DNA from: Bacteroidota bacterium
GTDB lineage: Bacteria > Bacteroidota > Bacteroidia > Chitinophagales > JADIYW01
Assembly: GCA_028288625.1 (NCBI GenBank)
Contig: JAQBNI010000145.1
Location: forward strand, 16,963 to 80,962
Reading direction: 5' to 3'
DNA length: 64,000 bases
Part shown: piece by piece, positions 47,463-55,860 of the stretch
Layout: each line of letters opens with the position of its first letter
Numbering within the stretch: position 1 is the first letter of the stretch
The notes under the pieces: generated by a model
Databases searched by the model: none
What the model saw: the letters and a program-made list of their open reading frames with translations, nothing else
What the model was told of the DNA's origin: nothing
Made by a program: the position numbers and the translations under genes

Positions 47463-48800
47463 ATGTTGCTTCGGTTTACAAATTTAAATTTGCACTTTAA
47501 TCCTCCAACTATGCAAAAACGCAATTATAAAAGAGTCGAGAAAAATGCCGACGGAAGCTTCTCTTACCAGGTTATTGATATCGATTCTTATGATGTATTT
47601 GAAGAAAGTTTAGAAATTGTTGTTACCGATATTAATTTTCTACCGAACATGGGAGATATCCTTGATGTTTTGGGATATGTTCCGGATACAGAGTATTTCT
47701 TCCACCAGTGCAAGGATATTATTTCAGTTCCTGAGAAGCATATCAATAACAAAGGGCAAGGTAAATTTGCATTCCAGGCATACTTTCATAATTTTCCTCA
47801 ATCTGTTTTATCTATTAATCAAAATGCACTGGTTGTGATTGTTTTGCATCCGCAGGAATTGGATAAAAATGGCAAGCGTGAATTTAATGTTGTGGGTTAT
47901 ATTCATGTAAACCGCATGAATGTTTATCACGATGGCGAACGTTTCGATGCATATTACTACAATATGCTTCGCGTAAGTGAACGAATTGAAAAAGGAAAAA
48001 AAATCTATCGGCGTAAAAAAATATTTACGCTGATGTTCAGTATTATGCACAGTATTGTAGGTGTTGAGAAAAATATTGCATTTACGTACGGCGCAATGGG
48101 CAAGGAAAACCAGGCGATCAACGAAGCGCTGGAACTGAATACCAAATTATATGAGAAGCATTATGAAAAATGGGCTTTTACAAATAATACGATGGTGAAT
48201 AAATTTTTCGGGAATAAAAATGCATTTGAAAAATGTATTGATATTTCCAACGACCGTGAAAAGTTGAAAGAGTTTTATCAAAAGCTTCGCCGCCAGAAAG
48301 AACACTACGCATTTTATCATATCGAATCAGAACAGGAATTTATAGATACACTGGAAAAGATCATGGCGTATTCAAAATCAACGCGTGTTTACATGGTGCC
48401 CGATGAAAACGGTAAGATGGATGCAGCTTGCTTTGCGATCAACTGGGGAGAATATTTTGCTTTTCAATTAGAAAACCCACAGGGCTTTTTTAAAATGCTT
48501 GCCAAGCTAAAACTGACGGATAATATTTTATATCCTATAATGACTATCGGTTCCACAAAAAATGTAGATACTTTACTGCGTGGAATTGCGTGGCATTATA
48601 ACAAAGAACATAAGTGCAAGGTGACTAACCTGAATTCTTACATGGGAGATCCATACGCTCAAACGAAGAAGAGTATTTTGAATGATGATTATTTATTCCT
48701 GATCATCTGCAACGATGTAGAAAAATTTAACGCGATGAAAGAACGATCAAAAGGGGTGGATGGAAATGTGAAGCTGTTTATTGATATTCCACTGTTATAA
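47463..48800 (+). CDS. hypothetical protein, 445 aa (429 aa if it starts at ATG 47511), no recognisable domain
   Basis: Long uninterrupted ORF with ordinary codon usage and no signal peptide or TM helix. I could not recognise any motif. Confidence 0.6.
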   Translation: MLLRFTNLNLHFNPPTMQKRNYKRVEKNADGSFSYQVIDIDSYDVFEESLEIVVTDINFLPNMGDILDVLGYVPDTEYFFHQCKDIISVPEKHINNKGQGKFAFQAYFHNFPQSVLSINQNALVVIVLHPQELDKNGKREFNVVGYIHVNRMNVYHDGERFDAYYYNMLRVSERIEKGKKIYRRKKIFTLMFSIMHSIVGVEKNIAFTYGAMGKENQAINEALELNTKLYEKHYEKWAFTNNTMVNKFFGNKNAFEKCIDISNDREKLKEFYQKLRRQKEHYAFYHIESEQEFIDTLEKIMAYSKSTRVYMVPDENGKMDAACFAINWGEYFAFQLENPQGFFKMLAKLKLTDNILYPIMTIGSTKNVDTLLRGIAWHYNKEHKCKVTNLNSYMGDPYAQTKKSILNDDYLFLIICNDVEKFNAMKERSKGVDGNVKLFIDIPLL

Positions 48801-48803
48801 ACG

Positions 48804-48844
48804 GATTACAGATGCCATCGCTTTAAGCGATGGCATCTGTAATC
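48804..48844. repeat. perfect 20+1+20 palindromic REP (GATTACAGATGCCATCGCTT-T-AAGCGATGGCATCTGTAATC) between convergent genes
   Basis: The right arm supplies the last 7 codons and the stop of scoB. Its core is shared with 13234..13260. Confidence 0.85.
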
Positions 48845-49491
48845 TGCATTTCAGGAATTTCTCCTTCTACAATTAATTTTCCTTCTGTCGCTTTTTGAAT
48901 TTCTTCTACGCTTACTCCAGGCGCTCTTTCCAGTAATTTAAATCCTTCAGAAGTCACCTCGATCACGGCGAGTTCAGTCACTATTTTTTTTACGCAACCA
49001 ACGCCGGTGATCGGCAGCGTACATTTCGACAGCAGTTTGGATTCACCTGCTTTATTTACATGCTGCATGGCTACAATAATGTTCTTTGCCGATGCGACAA
49101 GATCCATTGCACCGCCCATGCCCTTCACCATCTTTCCCGGAATCTTCCAGTTGGAAATATCGCCCGTCTCACTGACTTCCATGGCGCCGAGTACAGTAAG
49201 GTCTACATGTTCGCCGCGGATCATGGCAAAGCTCGTAGCTGAATCAAAATAACATCCGCCGGGTAACATGGTAACAGTTTGTTTTCCCGCGTTGATGAGA
49301 TCGGCATCTTCTTCTCCTTCAAACGGAAACGGTCCCATGCCCAGCATGCCGTTTTCCGATTGAAAAGTGACACTGATCCCTTCAGGAATATAATTCGCAA
49401 CCAGCGTTGGAATTCCAATTCCAAGGTTTACGTAATATCCGTCCTTTAATTCTTTCGCAATCCGCTTTGCTATACCATTCTTATCTAACAT
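48823..49491 (-). CDS. scoB: 3-oxoacid CoA-transferase subunit B
   Basis: Contains the catalytic glutamate motif SENG (QSENGMLGMGP). Confidence 0.85.
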   Translation of the reverse strand: MLDKNGIAKRIAKELKDGYYVNLGIGIPTLVANYIPEGISVTFQSENGMLGMGPFPFEGEEDADLINAGKQTVTMLPGGCYFDSATSFAMIRGEHVDLTVLGAMEVSETGDISNWKIPGKMVKGMGGAMDLVASAKNIIVAMQHVNKAGESKLLSKCTLPITGVGCVKKIVTELAVIEVTSEGFKLLERAPGVSVEEIQKATEGKLIVEGEIPEMQITDAIA

Positions 49492-49495
49492 AGAA

Positions 49496-49527
49496 ATTAT
49501 TTCATTATTTCATTATTTCATTATTTC
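49496..49527. repeat. tandem octamer (ATTATTTC)x4 in the scoA-scoB spacer
   Basis: On the coding strand it reads (GAAATAAT)4, which creates three ATG-AAA-TAA mini-ORFs ahead of the scoB start. Confidence 0.85.
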
Positions 49528-49531
49528 ATTT

Positions 49532-50230
49532 TCAAATTCTCTTCCTCACCGTTCTCTGTTCAATTCTCTTTTCATATTTTTCTCCCTGGAAAATTCTTTT
49601 GATAAAAATTCCCGGGGTATGAATCTGATCCGGATCTAATTCACCTGCGGGGACAAGATGCTCCACTTCTGCAATTGTAATTTTTCCTGCACCTGCCATC
49701 GGAAGATTAAAATTTCTTGTTGTTTCCTTATAAATTAAATTTCCGTTTGTATCGCCCTTCCATGCTTTAATGATGGAGAAGTCACCTTTCAGCCATCGCT
49801 CCATAATGTATGGTTTGCCGTCGAACTCGCGGACTTCTTTTCCTTCCGCCACTTCAGTCGCATAGCCGGCAGGCGTAAAGAATGCTGGTATCCCGGCTGC
49901 TCCCGCCCTGCAGCGTTCCGCTAGAGTTCCTTGTGGTATTAATTCTACTTCAAGTTCACCGCTTAATAGTTGTCTTTCAAATTCAGCATTCTCACCTACA
50001 TAAGAAGAGATCATTTTTTTTACCTGGTGTTGCTGCAATAATAATCCTAACCCGAATCCGTCAACTCCGGCATTGTTAGAAATGCACGTCAATCCTTTAA
50101 CTCCTTTTCTGACCAACGCGGCTATACAGTTTTCCGGAATTCCGCAGAGACCAAAGCCGCCTAACAATATGGTCATATTATCAGCAATATCTTTTACCGC
50201 CTCATCAGCATTGTCTACTACTTTTTTCAT
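49532..50230 (-). CDS. scoA: 3-oxoacid CoA-transferase subunit A
   Basis: Contains [10 protein letters not shown] and the [14 protein letters not shown] motif. Confidence 0.85.
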   Translation of the reverse strand: MKKVVDNADEAVKDIADNMTILLGGFGLCGIPENCIAALVRKGVKGLTCISNNAGVDGFGLGLLLQQHQVKKMISSYVGENAEFERQLLSGELEVELIPQGTLAERCRAGAAGIPAFFTPAGYATEVAEGKEVREFDGKPYIMERWLKGDFSIIKAWKGDTNGNLIYKETTRNFNLPMAGAGKITIAEVEHLVPAGELDPDQIHTPGIFIKRIFQGEKYEKRIEQRTVRKRI

Positions 50231-50326
50231 TTCAGTTTTTTAAAGATTTCAAATTTATCATACACACTGCTTTTCATTATCACATATCATTCAACATACA
50301 TCATACAACATTCAATATAAAGAACA

Positions 50327-52093
50327 TCATTCAACCTTCATCTTATTAATTCTCTTGCTTGAAAAAAACGTTTGCTTTTTTATTTCTTCTTCCGTAAATA
50401 TTTCAGGATGTACGCCATTTTCCGGCGATCTCGAAATTTCCGGTTTGCAAAATTCATTTGCAAGTTCCGTATATTTTTGCTGGAGAGCATTTAAACTATA
50501 TTGACCAAAAACATTATGTCCGCCTTCATACAACTGCAGCTGGTATTCTTCGTAAGTAGTGATATAACCGTTGTATTCATTGGCATATGGTGCGAGGATC
50601 ACATCATCGATTCCCTTAGGTTTTAAAGCTTCTTCCAGCGTTTTCTTTAATCGCCATGAAGCAACAGTGGTGATCTCAAACGGAAGAGAGCAAATAGCAA
50701 CTGAACCTAATTGTAAGATCTGTAAAGTGAGCACTTGCGGCGCCCATGGATTCAAAGAATCAAATCCACCCTGCTTCGCCATTTTTTTTATATTCAATAT
50801 CATCTCATCGGAAAAAGATGGCAATGGAATTTTTCCTGCATCAAAATTTCCTAAAAATTTTCTCTCACCGGTTGCAGCGCCGATATCTTTTACAGCCTGC
50901 GCTTTATTTTTTCGTTCAATAAATCTGGCATAATCTCCGCCTTCTTTAAGCGCTCTTTTTAATTCTTTATGACGTGTGGCGCGCGCTATCCTTCTTGCCA
51001 CTGCGCCAAGAAATGTTGGCAATCCCGGACCATCCATGATAGAGCCTTCAAGAAATGAAATGCCCATGCAGGATGGACTGGTAACGCATCCGGTTTCACC
51101 ATTTGTAAATTTCGGATCGATATTTATATTTCCAAAATCCAAAAACATGGAAATAGAATCTATCGTTTCATTTTTTATTTCTTGTATTGATGAATCGATG
51201 ATCTCTTTTGCTTTTTCGAATTGCAGATTACCGTTGAACTTAGAACTTTTCAAATCATCAGGAAAAAAGCCCTCCCATTTTCCACGGGCTGTCGGAAGTT
51301 TTGCGTTGTATTTTACACGCGCTGAAACATCGCCGCATGCACCTTGTGCAAAAGCAGCAACATATGACGGGTTATCCTTCGTAAAACTTTCTTCGAGATA
51401 AGTCGCAGCAAATCCTTTATTGTCCGAGCATAATTTAAAAAAGGTATTCGGAAGGTTAGAAGTATGCACTGCAAACCAGTTGATAGAACCCATCGGTTCA
51501 CCGCTTTCAGAAATAAAATGTAAAAGTGTCATTTCCCTGTCTACTGCGAGATGCCGGGTTTCATGCGAATATTTTTTCACTTCCGGGTTGAGGTTATAAG
51601 CGTCAACGGTTCGGTTAAAACTTACAGGTATGTCGGGTGAAAAAGTGCTTTTACCGATATGAATTTTTCCTTTCTTTTTATTTTTTTCCGCTTCCAAGAT
51701 CGCTTCTGTAATGCCGCTCACCACTTTATCATAAACTCCTTTGTGAAATCCGGGAGTCGACATATTGTAAATAACATGATACGAAAATCCGCTCGGTCCG
51801 CAATGGGTATGCTGTGCGCTCAGCAACAGGTTTTCCGTATCGTATTGTAATTCAGGATAATTTTTCTGTAAATATGCGAGTACGCCTTGTTTCAAAGAAG
51901 GTGTAATAAATCCAAGCTCGCAGTTCACCATGCAAACCTTTCGGCTTTTATCGAGCTGCTCAAAAACAAATGCCCGGGCGTACAAAGGTGTTTCTACATC
52001 GAGGGCATAATGGGTGGGCAAACCGTATCCCAATAAGCCCGTTCCTTTAAAAAATGCGGTGATATCACCTTTTCCCGTACCAATGAATAACAT
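50327..52093 (-). CDS. neutral/alkaline non-lysosomal ceramidase-like hydrolase
   Basis: N-terminal G.G..DIT...G....GY pattern and the SAQHTHCGPSG motif; about 590 aa. No signal peptide was seen. Confidence 0.55.
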   Translation of the reverse strand: MLFIGTGKGDITAFFKGTGLLGYGLPTHYALDVETPLYARAFVFEQLDKSRKVCMVNCELGFITPSLKQGVLAYLQKNYPELQYDTENLLLSAQHTHCGPSGFSYHVIYNMSTPGFHKGVYDKVVSGITEAILEAEKNKKKGKIHIGKSTFSPDIPVSFNRTVDAYNLNPEVKKYSHETRHLAVDREMTLLHFISESGEPMGSINWFAVHTSNLPNTFFKLCSDNKGFAATYLEESFTKDNPSYVAAFAQGACGDVSARVKYNAKLPTARGKWEGFFPDDLKSSKFNGNLQFEKAKEIIDSSIQEIKNETIDSISMFLDFGNINIDPKFTNGETGCVTSPSCMGISFLEGSIMDGPGLPTFLGAVARRIARATRHKELKRALKEGGDYARFIERKNKAQAVKDIGAATGERKFLGNFDAGKIPLPSFSDEMILNIKKMAKQGGFDSLNPWAPQVLTLQILQLGSVAICSLPFEITTVASWRLKKTLEEALKPKGIDDVILAPYANEYNGYITTYEEYQLQLYEGGHNVFGQYSLNALQQKYTELANEFCKPEISRSPENGVHPEIFTEEEIKKQTFFSSKRINKMKVE

Positions 52094-52137
52094 TTTGTAA
52101 TTTTACGCCAAAATACAAATTCACAGGCAATAAAAAA

Positions 52138-53007
52138 ATGATAGTTGTACGATTAATGGGCGGTTTAGGAAACCAACTCTTTCAGTATGCAGCAGGCAGG
52201 CACCTGGCGCATTTGAATAATACAGAATTATATGCGGACATTTCATTTTTAAAGTCCCAGGAATATACTACCCCGCGATATTATGAACTGGGTGCTTTCA
52301 ATGTTGCCTGTACCGTTGCGGATGACAAAATGCTGGATAAATTTAATAACAGTGATTTTTCGAAAAAAGAAAGAGTGTTAACTCATCTGCTGTCATTTGG
52401 AAAAAACAAGAAATATAAATTTGATGAATATGGCTTTGATGAAAATCTCCTGGAGTTGCGTGGGAATTTTTATATACGCGGATATTTTCAATCTGAAAAA
52501 TATTTTCGCGGCATAAATGATATTATTCGAAGGGAGCTTACTATTAAAGAAGAATTTATTCCTAAGGATACACAACTGATAGAGCAGATAAAAAACACAA
52601 ATTCAATTGCGATTCATATCAGGCGCGGTGATTATATACGCAATTTATCTTCAATGGAAGCGCATGGATTATGCTCTAAAGATTATTATGCGAAGTCTAT
52701 TGAGTTTATGAAAAGAGAAGTGGGAGAAGATGTTCATTTTTATTTGTTTACGGATGATGAAGCCTGGGTGAAAAACGAAATGAAATGGAATATCAACAGT
52801 ACGCTGATCTCAGGAAAAACTACGGTGGAAGATTTTTACCTGATGAATTTGTGCAAACATAATATTATCGCAAACAGTACATTCAGTTGGTGGGCAGCAT
52901 GGTTAAATAATCATCCTGCAAAAAAAGTGATCGCTCCGAAACACTGGACCAACAACCTTCAAACGGAATTTATTGAATTAGTTCCTAAAAACTGGATCAT
53001 AAAATAA
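52138..53007 (+). CDS. alpha-1,2-fucosyltransferase (GT11)
   Basis: Contains GGLGNQLFQYAAGRHLA, HIRRGDY and NSTFSWWAAWLN motifs. Confidence 0.8.
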   Translation: MIVVRLMGGLGNQLFQYAAGRHLAHLNNTELYADISFLKSQEYTTPRYYELGAFNVACTVADDKMLDKFNNSDFSKKERVLTHLLSFGKNKKYKFDEYGFDENLLELRGNFYIRGYFQSEKYFRGINDIIRRELTIKEEFIPKDTQLIEQIKNTNSIAIHIRRGDYIRNLSSMEAHGLCSKDYYAKSIEFMKREVGEDVHFYLFTDDEAWVKNEMKWNINSTLISGKTTVEDFYLMNLCKHNIIANSTFSWWAAWLNNHPAKKVIAPKHWTNNLQTEFIELVPKNWIIK

Positions 53008-53810
53008 TGAACAGCCGGGAAAGCTATATACAGTCGCCTGTTTTACAAAAGCAGGAAAAAATCCTTTCTGAAATAATAGATCAATATGAGGCGATCGTGA
53101 TCTTTGATATCGGCGCTTGCGAAGGCGAGAGCTCTGTCCGTTATGCAAGATTATTTCCAAACGCAAGTATCTATACATTTGAACCATTACCTGATAATTT
53201 CGCATGGGTACAAAAAAATATTGAAACTTACCAGGCGAAAAATATTATTCCTTTTCAATTGTGTTTATCCGATAAAGAAGGTGTGATGACTTTTTACGTA
53301 TCATCCGGAAATCCTGAAAGCAAAGGAGAGGAGGACTGGAATTATGGCAATAAAAGCAGCTCGCTGCTTCCACCGGCAAAAACAAAGGATGTTCATCCAT
53401 GGCTTAAATTTGATAACTCGATCACTGTGCAAACTGCTACGCTGAAAAGTTTTTGTTCCGTTAAAAATATTGCTGCGGTCGATTTTATCCATATGGATGT
53501 GCAGGGCGCTGAACTGATGGTGTTAAAAGGTGCAGAGGATTTCATTGACAAAATAAATATGATATGGCTTGAAGTGGAATCAGTAGAGTTATATAAAGAT
53601 CAGCCGCTGAAAAAAGACATCGAAAAGTTTTTGTCCGGTCGTGGGTTTATTAAACTCGAAGATACGGTGTATACGGAAGCCGGTGACCAGTTTTGGGCAC
53701 GAAAAGAATATATTGTACGCACTAAGGGATCACTCTATATATATCAAAGTGTTTTTTCCTCGGGAGTGAAACGATTCTATAAAAAGTTGCGCCGTCAAAT
53801 ATTAAAATAA
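53007..53810 (+). CDS. FkbM-family methyltransferase
   Basis: IFDIGACEGESSVRYA ... FEP ... HMDVQGAEL. Confidence 0.75.
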   Translation: MNSRESYIQSPVLQKQEKILSEIIDQYEAIVIFDIGACEGESSVRYARLFPNASIYTFEPLPDNFAWVQKNIETYQAKNIIPFQLCLSDKEGVMTFYVSSGNPESKGEEDWNYGNKSSSLLPPAKTKDVHPWLKFDNSITVQTATLKSFCSVKNIAAVDFIHMDVQGAELMVLKGAEDFIDKINMIWLEVESVELYKDQPLKKDIEKFLSGRGFIKLEDTVYTEAGDQFWARKEYIVRTKGSLYIYQSVFSSGVKRFYKKLRRQILK

Positions 53811-53827
53811 ACAGATTACAAGAGACA

Positions 53828-54598
53828 ATGAATAAACAATTAATTTACGACATAGGAACATTTGATGGAAGTGACACCGATCATTACCTTAAAATGGGTT
53901 ACCATGTTGTTTCAGTAGAAGCAAATCCTGTTCTGGCAAATAAAGCAAAAGAACGTTTTAAAAAACAGATAGACAGCGGACAGCTTACATTGCTCAATGT
54001 TGGCATTTCAAATGAAACCGGGGAAAACATAGAGTTCTGGATCAATGATACTAATTTTGAATGGAGCTCATTTATAAAGGAGATTGGCTGCAGGGCAGGG
54101 ACATCTTGTCATAGAATTGAAATAACGACAACTACGACAGATGCATTGTTTAAAAAATATGGAGTTCCATTTTATTTAAAAGTAGATATTGAGGGAAATG
54201 ATATCCATTGTATAAACGGATTGAATGAAGCGGACCTTCCAAAATATTTTTCGTGTGAGGCACAGGAAGTAGGATGGCTCGACAAGCTGAAAGAAAAAGG
54301 TTATACGAAATTTAAGATCATCAACCAGGGTGATAATTTTAATGAACTGGATATCCGGAAAGAAAAATCGAAGTTTCATTATTACAGGATGTTTTTAATT
54401 AAGGGGATCAAGAACAGGACTCAACACTTCATTCACTTTAAGTATCCTTTAAAATCTTCCGGACCATTCGGCGAGAACAGCAAAGGAGAGTGGAAGTCTT
54501 ATGAAGAAGTAAGGGAATTATATTTAGCGTTCTTTCAGTTTGAAAAAAATATTCCCATTAACGATATCAGTCATTTCGATTTTCACGCAACGTATTAA
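53828..54598 (+). CDS. FkbM-family methyltransferase (second copy)
   Basis: IYDIGTFDGSDTDHYL ... VEANP ... LKVDIEGND. Confidence 0.7.
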   Translation: MNKQLIYDIGTFDGSDTDHYLKMGYHVVSVEANPVLANKAKERFKKQIDSGQLTLLNVGISNETGENIEFWINDTNFEWSSFIKEIGCRAGTSCHRIEITTTTTDALFKKYGVPFYLKVDIEGNDIHCINGLNEADLPKYFSCEAQEVGWLDKLKEKGYTKFKIINQGDNFNELDIRKEKSKFHYYRMFLIKGIKNRTQHFIHFKYPLKSSGPFGENSKGEWKSYEEVRELYLAFFQFEKNIPINDISHFDFHATY

Positions 54599-54600
54599 AT

Positions 54601-54636
54601 AAAAAAAGCATCCGGTGCAACGGATGCTTTTTTTTA
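54601..54636. terminator. bidirectional rho-independent terminator
   Basis: aaaaaaa-gcatccg-gtgcaa-cggatgc-tttttttt. Confidence 0.85.
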
Positions 54637-54649
54637 TTTGTTTATATGC

Positions 54650-55435
54650 TTAATTGATCAGAAGCTTATCTACATCGGCTTGTGTCAATGCACGATCAAA
54701 GATCTTCACTTCATCAATAACACCATTGAAAGTTTCTGTCCCTGGTCCGCCGCTGCCTATACGGAAGTTCCTGTTTTTGTTTGTAATATCAACATTTGCA
54801 GATTTTGAACCTACAAGCACGCCATTTACATATATCTGCATCAATCCGGCAGTTTTATTTCTAACAAATACAAAATGCTTCCAGTTTGTAAAGGTGGTTA
54901 TTTTTACATTTAAGCGACCTCCGGAAGAATTTCCATAATCAAAAAAGATATCAGCAGGTGATGCAGTCGGATGATAAGGAACTGATATTAATAAACGATC
55001 TGATGTATTATCAGGATACAATCCTAAAGGTGTGGGACCTGCATCAACTCCGCTAAATTTCAACCACATACTTACACTAAAATCGTCCGATGTTCCTAAA
55101 ATAGACGCGTATGTCGGAAGCTCTATATAAGAACCGCTTGCCTGCGAAAATAAATAAGCGCTGTTGGGCTTGCCACGGCGGTCTGCAGTCAGCGTTGCAT
55201 TTACAACGGTGCCGTTGAATCCATTGCCGCTTCTGTCATTTGCGTTGCCGTCGAAGGAATAGCACGCAACTGCATCGAAACAGGAATCCAGGCATTTTAT
55301 CGTATCATGTACATTATTAATTACAGTGTCAAACTGGGTAACTGTATTAGTCGTGGTTTTTTTACACGAAGTGAGCGGTAAAATTGATATGGCTCCTATG
55401 CATATCAAAGCAATAATGAGTAAATTCTTTTTCAT
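54650..55435 (-). CDS. LamG (concanavalin-A-like lectin) domain lipoprotein
   Basis: Lipobox LTSC and the C-terminal motif FNGVIDEVKIFDRALTQADVDKL. Confidence 0.75.
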   Translation of the reverse strand: MKKNLLIIALICIGAISILPLTSCKKTTTNTVTQFDTVINNVHDTIKCLDSCFDAVACYSFDGNANDRSGNGFNGTVVNATLTADRRGKPNSAYLFSQASGSYIELPTYASILGTSDDFSVSMWLKFSGVDAGPTPLGLYPDNTSDRLLISVPYHPTASPADIFFDYGNSSGGRLNVKITTFTNWKHFVFVRNKTAGLMQIYVNGVLVGSKSANVDITNKNRNFRIGSGGPGTETFNGVIDEVKIFDRALTQADVDKLLIN

Positions 55436-55563
55436 AATTTTTTAAAGGTTGAGTTTTTTGAAATTTTTTATAAATATAAATAAACTTTTTACTTCAATAT
55501 ATACAAGTTCATAAATTAATTATTCATATAAACAAAGTGGGCTATAAGAGAAATAAACCTTGG

Positions 55564-55860
55564 TTACCTTAGCAATGTTAGTGTGCCTTTGTAACTCTTT
55601 GTTACTACTTTTTGTCCTTGCTTATAAGACATTTCTATGTAATATACGTAAGTATCCATTTGAGCATTCGAGCCTTTGTAAGTCCCGTCCCATGCAAATT
55701 TTTTATCTTCTATATTGAAATTATCCGCTTCGTACATTTGTTCTCCCCACCTGTCGAAGATCAGCATTTTATCTATCGTTACAAACTTTGAATTTGATAA
55801 CGGTATAAAGACGTCATTGATGCCATCGCCGTTTGGCGTAAAGGCGTTAGGTATATAGAT
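55564..55860 (-). other. T9SS type-B (gliding-motility-associated, CHU_C-like) C-terminal sorting domain
   Basis: IYIPNAFTPNGDGINDVFIP...IFDRWGEQMY...WDGTYKG...YVYYI, the last 98 codons. Confidence 0.85.
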
